From IMG/VR virus record IMGVR_UViG_3300020183_000039, positions 1-64,000 of that record: DNA of 64,000 bases. One strand, given 5' to 3'. The position numbers and the translations under genes were made by a program. The stretch comes from a virus. Below the pieces are notes generated by a model, which ran no database searches, was not told where the DNA came from, and saw nothing but the letters and a program-made list of their open reading frames with translations. Positions 62,215-64,000 of this stretch are shown in pieces (within the stretch, counting starts at the first letter, position 1; each line of letters starts with the position of its first letter).

Positions 62215-62388
62215 TAGATAGGATAGAACTCAGCATCCGTATAGAGGACGGTCACTCGCCCGTCTCAGGGCGCATTCCTCCACGGCACAGGAAGTTTAAG
62301 GGACGTTGCATCCCCGAGTCTCGCCTCGGGTAGGTTCCGAGAAACCCCTCATAAAGATCGCCGTCGTTGATACGACCGAGACCTTGTG

Positions 62389-62416
62389 ATTATACACCAA
62401 TCATTAAACTGTGAAC
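62389..62416 (-). promoter_or_regulatory. Early promoter
   Basis: GTTCAC-N16-TATAAT. Confidence 0.65.
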
Positions 62417-62574
62417 TTGTCTCTCTGCAATTTGATCGACTGGAGGAGCGAATCCACCTGGCAAATCTTCTCGGTGAGAGCCTCGTCTTCAGCGTAGTCG
62501 TGGATGAGTCGTTGGATCCAGAACTCTAAGGCTTCGATGGCCAGGTCGTGGTCGTGAAGGGACAGCAAAGACAT
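62404..62574 (-). CDS. Small hypothetical protein (not in the ORF track)
   Basis: Hand-translated MSLLSLHDHDLAIEALEFWIQRL..., starting 1 nt after the upstream stop. Confidence 0.45.
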   Translation of the reverse strand: MSLLSLHDHDLAIEALEFWIQRLIHDYAEDEALTEKICQVDSLLQSIKLQRDKFTV

Positions 62575-62575
62575 G

Positions 62576-62779
62576 TCAGTCGCGGTCGGAGATGTCCCAA
62601 GTCGTCATCTCGGGAGCCAGGCTCATGCGGCCAGCGCGGATCTCGTTGCGGCGCCACTCCTCGCGCTCTAGTTGCTTGAGGTACTGCTCCATGACGAGCT
62701 GGCAGGCCGGGTCATTCTTGGCGGTCTCGTTGACGAGGAAGGCGCCGTTGTGGACGCGTTGTAGAGGTTGTTTGTCCAT
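62576..62779 (-). CDS. Hypothetical protein
   Basis: 67-aa ORF. Confidence 0.55.
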   Translation of the reverse strand: MDKQPLQRVHNGAFLVNETAKNDPACQLVMEQYLKQLEREEWRRNEIRAGRMSLAPEMTTWDISDRD

Positions 62780-62792
62780 GGTGTTTGCAGAT

Positions 62793-62819
62793 AAGAAGAA
62801 AGCCCCGCCGAAGCGGGGC
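62793..62819 (-). terminator. Rho-independent terminator
   Basis: GCCCCGC-TTCG-GCGGGGC followed by TTTCTTCTT. Confidence 0.8.
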
Positions 62820-62827
62820 CGAAGAAG

Positions 62828-63082
62828 TCAGGCAGGCTTAGAGTTGAGAGCCAGAGTGCGCATGCCGGGTCCGGTAACCACCCAGCCGTTCACCTGCTCC
62901 CAGCGGATGAGCCCGATCTCGCGGAGCTCGTTGATGCGATGCTCGCGAGTGTGGTGGGAGGTCCAGACTCTGTGGAGCTCGCCGGTCTGGTAGCCACGGC
63001 GGAGGTCTTCACGGAGACCCGTGGAAGCGATGATCGCGAGGAGCGCTTTCTTCTGGAACCTGGAGAGCTTGATGAAGTTCAT
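62828..63082 (-). CDS. Hypothetical protein, possible winged helix
   Basis: INELREIGLIRW...WVVTGPG; own promoter. Confidence 0.55.
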   Translation of the reverse strand: MNFIKLSRFQKKALLAIIASTGLREDLRRGYQTGELHRVWTSHHTREHRINELREIGLIRWEQVNGWVVTGPGMRTLALNSKPA

Positions 63083-63105
63083 TGGCCTTCCTTTGACAGA
63101 TCAAT

Positions 63106-63133
63106 CATATACCATTGACCTGAGAAAGTAAAC
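63106..63133 (-). promoter_or_regulatory. Early promoter
   Basis: GTTTAC-N16-TATATG(AT). Confidence 0.6.
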
Positions 63134-63135
63134 CC

Positions 63136-63651
63136 CTAGTCCCAGAACCTGTCCATGGTCTCCACCACGCGGCGGAAGTGACACCACGCTACGAATCGCC
63201 CGTTGTAGAGCCTCTCGTTCAACTGCAGCATGCGGATCTCATGCGCGCAGGCGTGAGTGATCGCATTCGACTCGGTGTAGCCCCACGCGCGGAAACAGTC
63301 GAACTTCTCAATGTAGACTACAAACGGAAACTGCCGTTGATAGGCTCTGTGAAACACCGCGTCCCGTCTCAACCCGTCCTTCTGTTTGATCTCGACCTTG
63401 CCGTACCCGAACTGGTTGTCGATCTCGTCGATGCTGAAGTCCAGCCCGTCGATGTACTCCTCGGCCAGCTGCGTGTCGAAGACCACTTCTGTGCGCTGCC
63501 AGTCCTCGGTCAGCCCGATGCAATAGTCCTTGAACTCCTTGTCGTGCGCTCGCCACACGATGTTGTGGACGAAGAAGGGGTACTGCATCACGGCCTTTGG
63601 GTACCGGATGGAGAAGTGCAGGATCTCGAACGAGCGATCGGTGTCGGTCAT
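63136..63651 (-). CDS. Hypothetical protein
   Basis: 171-aa ORF with normal codon usage. Confidence 0.6.
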   Translation of the reverse strand: MTDTDRSFEILHFSIRYPKAVMQYPFFVHNIVWRAHDKEFKDYCIGLTEDWQRTEVVFDTQLAEEYIDGLDFSIDEIDNQFGYGKVEIKQKDGLRRDAVFHRAYQRQFPFVVYIEKFDCFRAWGYTESNAITHACAHEIRMLQLNERLYNGRFVAWCHFRRVVETMDRFWD

Positions 63652-64000
63652 GGCCTCAGAGAGTGGCGGAGCCCTAGCAGTAGGAACACACAGGCGAAGC
63701 CCACGTAGATGTAGAACGTGGCGGCCGGAGCCAAGAGCGTGAGGCCCAGCGAGGCCATCGCCAGGAGGAAGAAGATCGTAGCTGGTAGTTTCGATGCCCG
63801 CATGGTGTCCTCAGTAGTCGGAGCCGTCCGGCCAGTCTTCCTCTTCGGCCCTGTCAGGGTCCCAGAGGAGGCAATTGAGCATGTCCGATAGATACCTAAT
63901 CTCCTCCAGTTCGAGGCCCTCCAGGGTCATCAGGGGACCGTCTCCGAAACAGATGGAGATCGAGTAGCCGAAGTCTGGGCTATAGCCGGAAGTGGCTTGG

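Noticed and set aside
1-64000. CRISPR array, integrase, transposase, intron or intein
   Set aside because: No regularly spaced direct repeats; the Mu-like genes are structural only; terL and the polymerase are uninterrupted and of normal size.
1-64000. Stop-codon reassignment
   Set aside because: Genes tile densely under the standard code and use TAA, TAG and TGA as stops; neither tRNA is a suppressor.

Overview
A 64-kb segment of a large contractile-tailed (myovirus) phage genome, read almost entirely on the minus strand. It is probably a high-GC cyanophage of the lineage that carries a mitochondrial Pol-gamma-like DNA polymerase (S-TIM5-like); this host and lineage call is an inference. 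From right to left it contains: (i) early genes with GTTTAC-N16-TATAAT-type promoters, two tRNAs, an RNA ligase/polynucleotide kinase/phosphatase cluster and an MBD4-like glycosylase; (ii) a replication and nucleotide module with the Pol-gamma-like polymerase, a dNMP kinase and a thymidylate-synthase homologue whose Asn177-equivalent is Asp, which points to dCMP modification; (iii) a Mu-like head, tail, baseplate and fibre module, the terminase and PhoH. The most unusual part is 1-11.2 kb, a tandem array of paralogous proteins. They share an N-terminal leader (aromatic-[ST]-E ... DFxxCQRxDGSxYGTxGQCRxG) but carry different C-terminal domains: two protein-kinase-like domains, an HNH nuclease and an HDxxH domain. 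Both kinase genes are immediately followed by paralogous ~50-aa genes that the ORF track misses. This resembles a polymorphic, possibly virion-packaged effector/immunity system. Also found: a GGGTAA motif about 30 nt upstream of late genes, a -1 frameshift site in the tail chaperone, and two candidate structured RNAs. All calls come from reading motifs by eye; no database searches were run.
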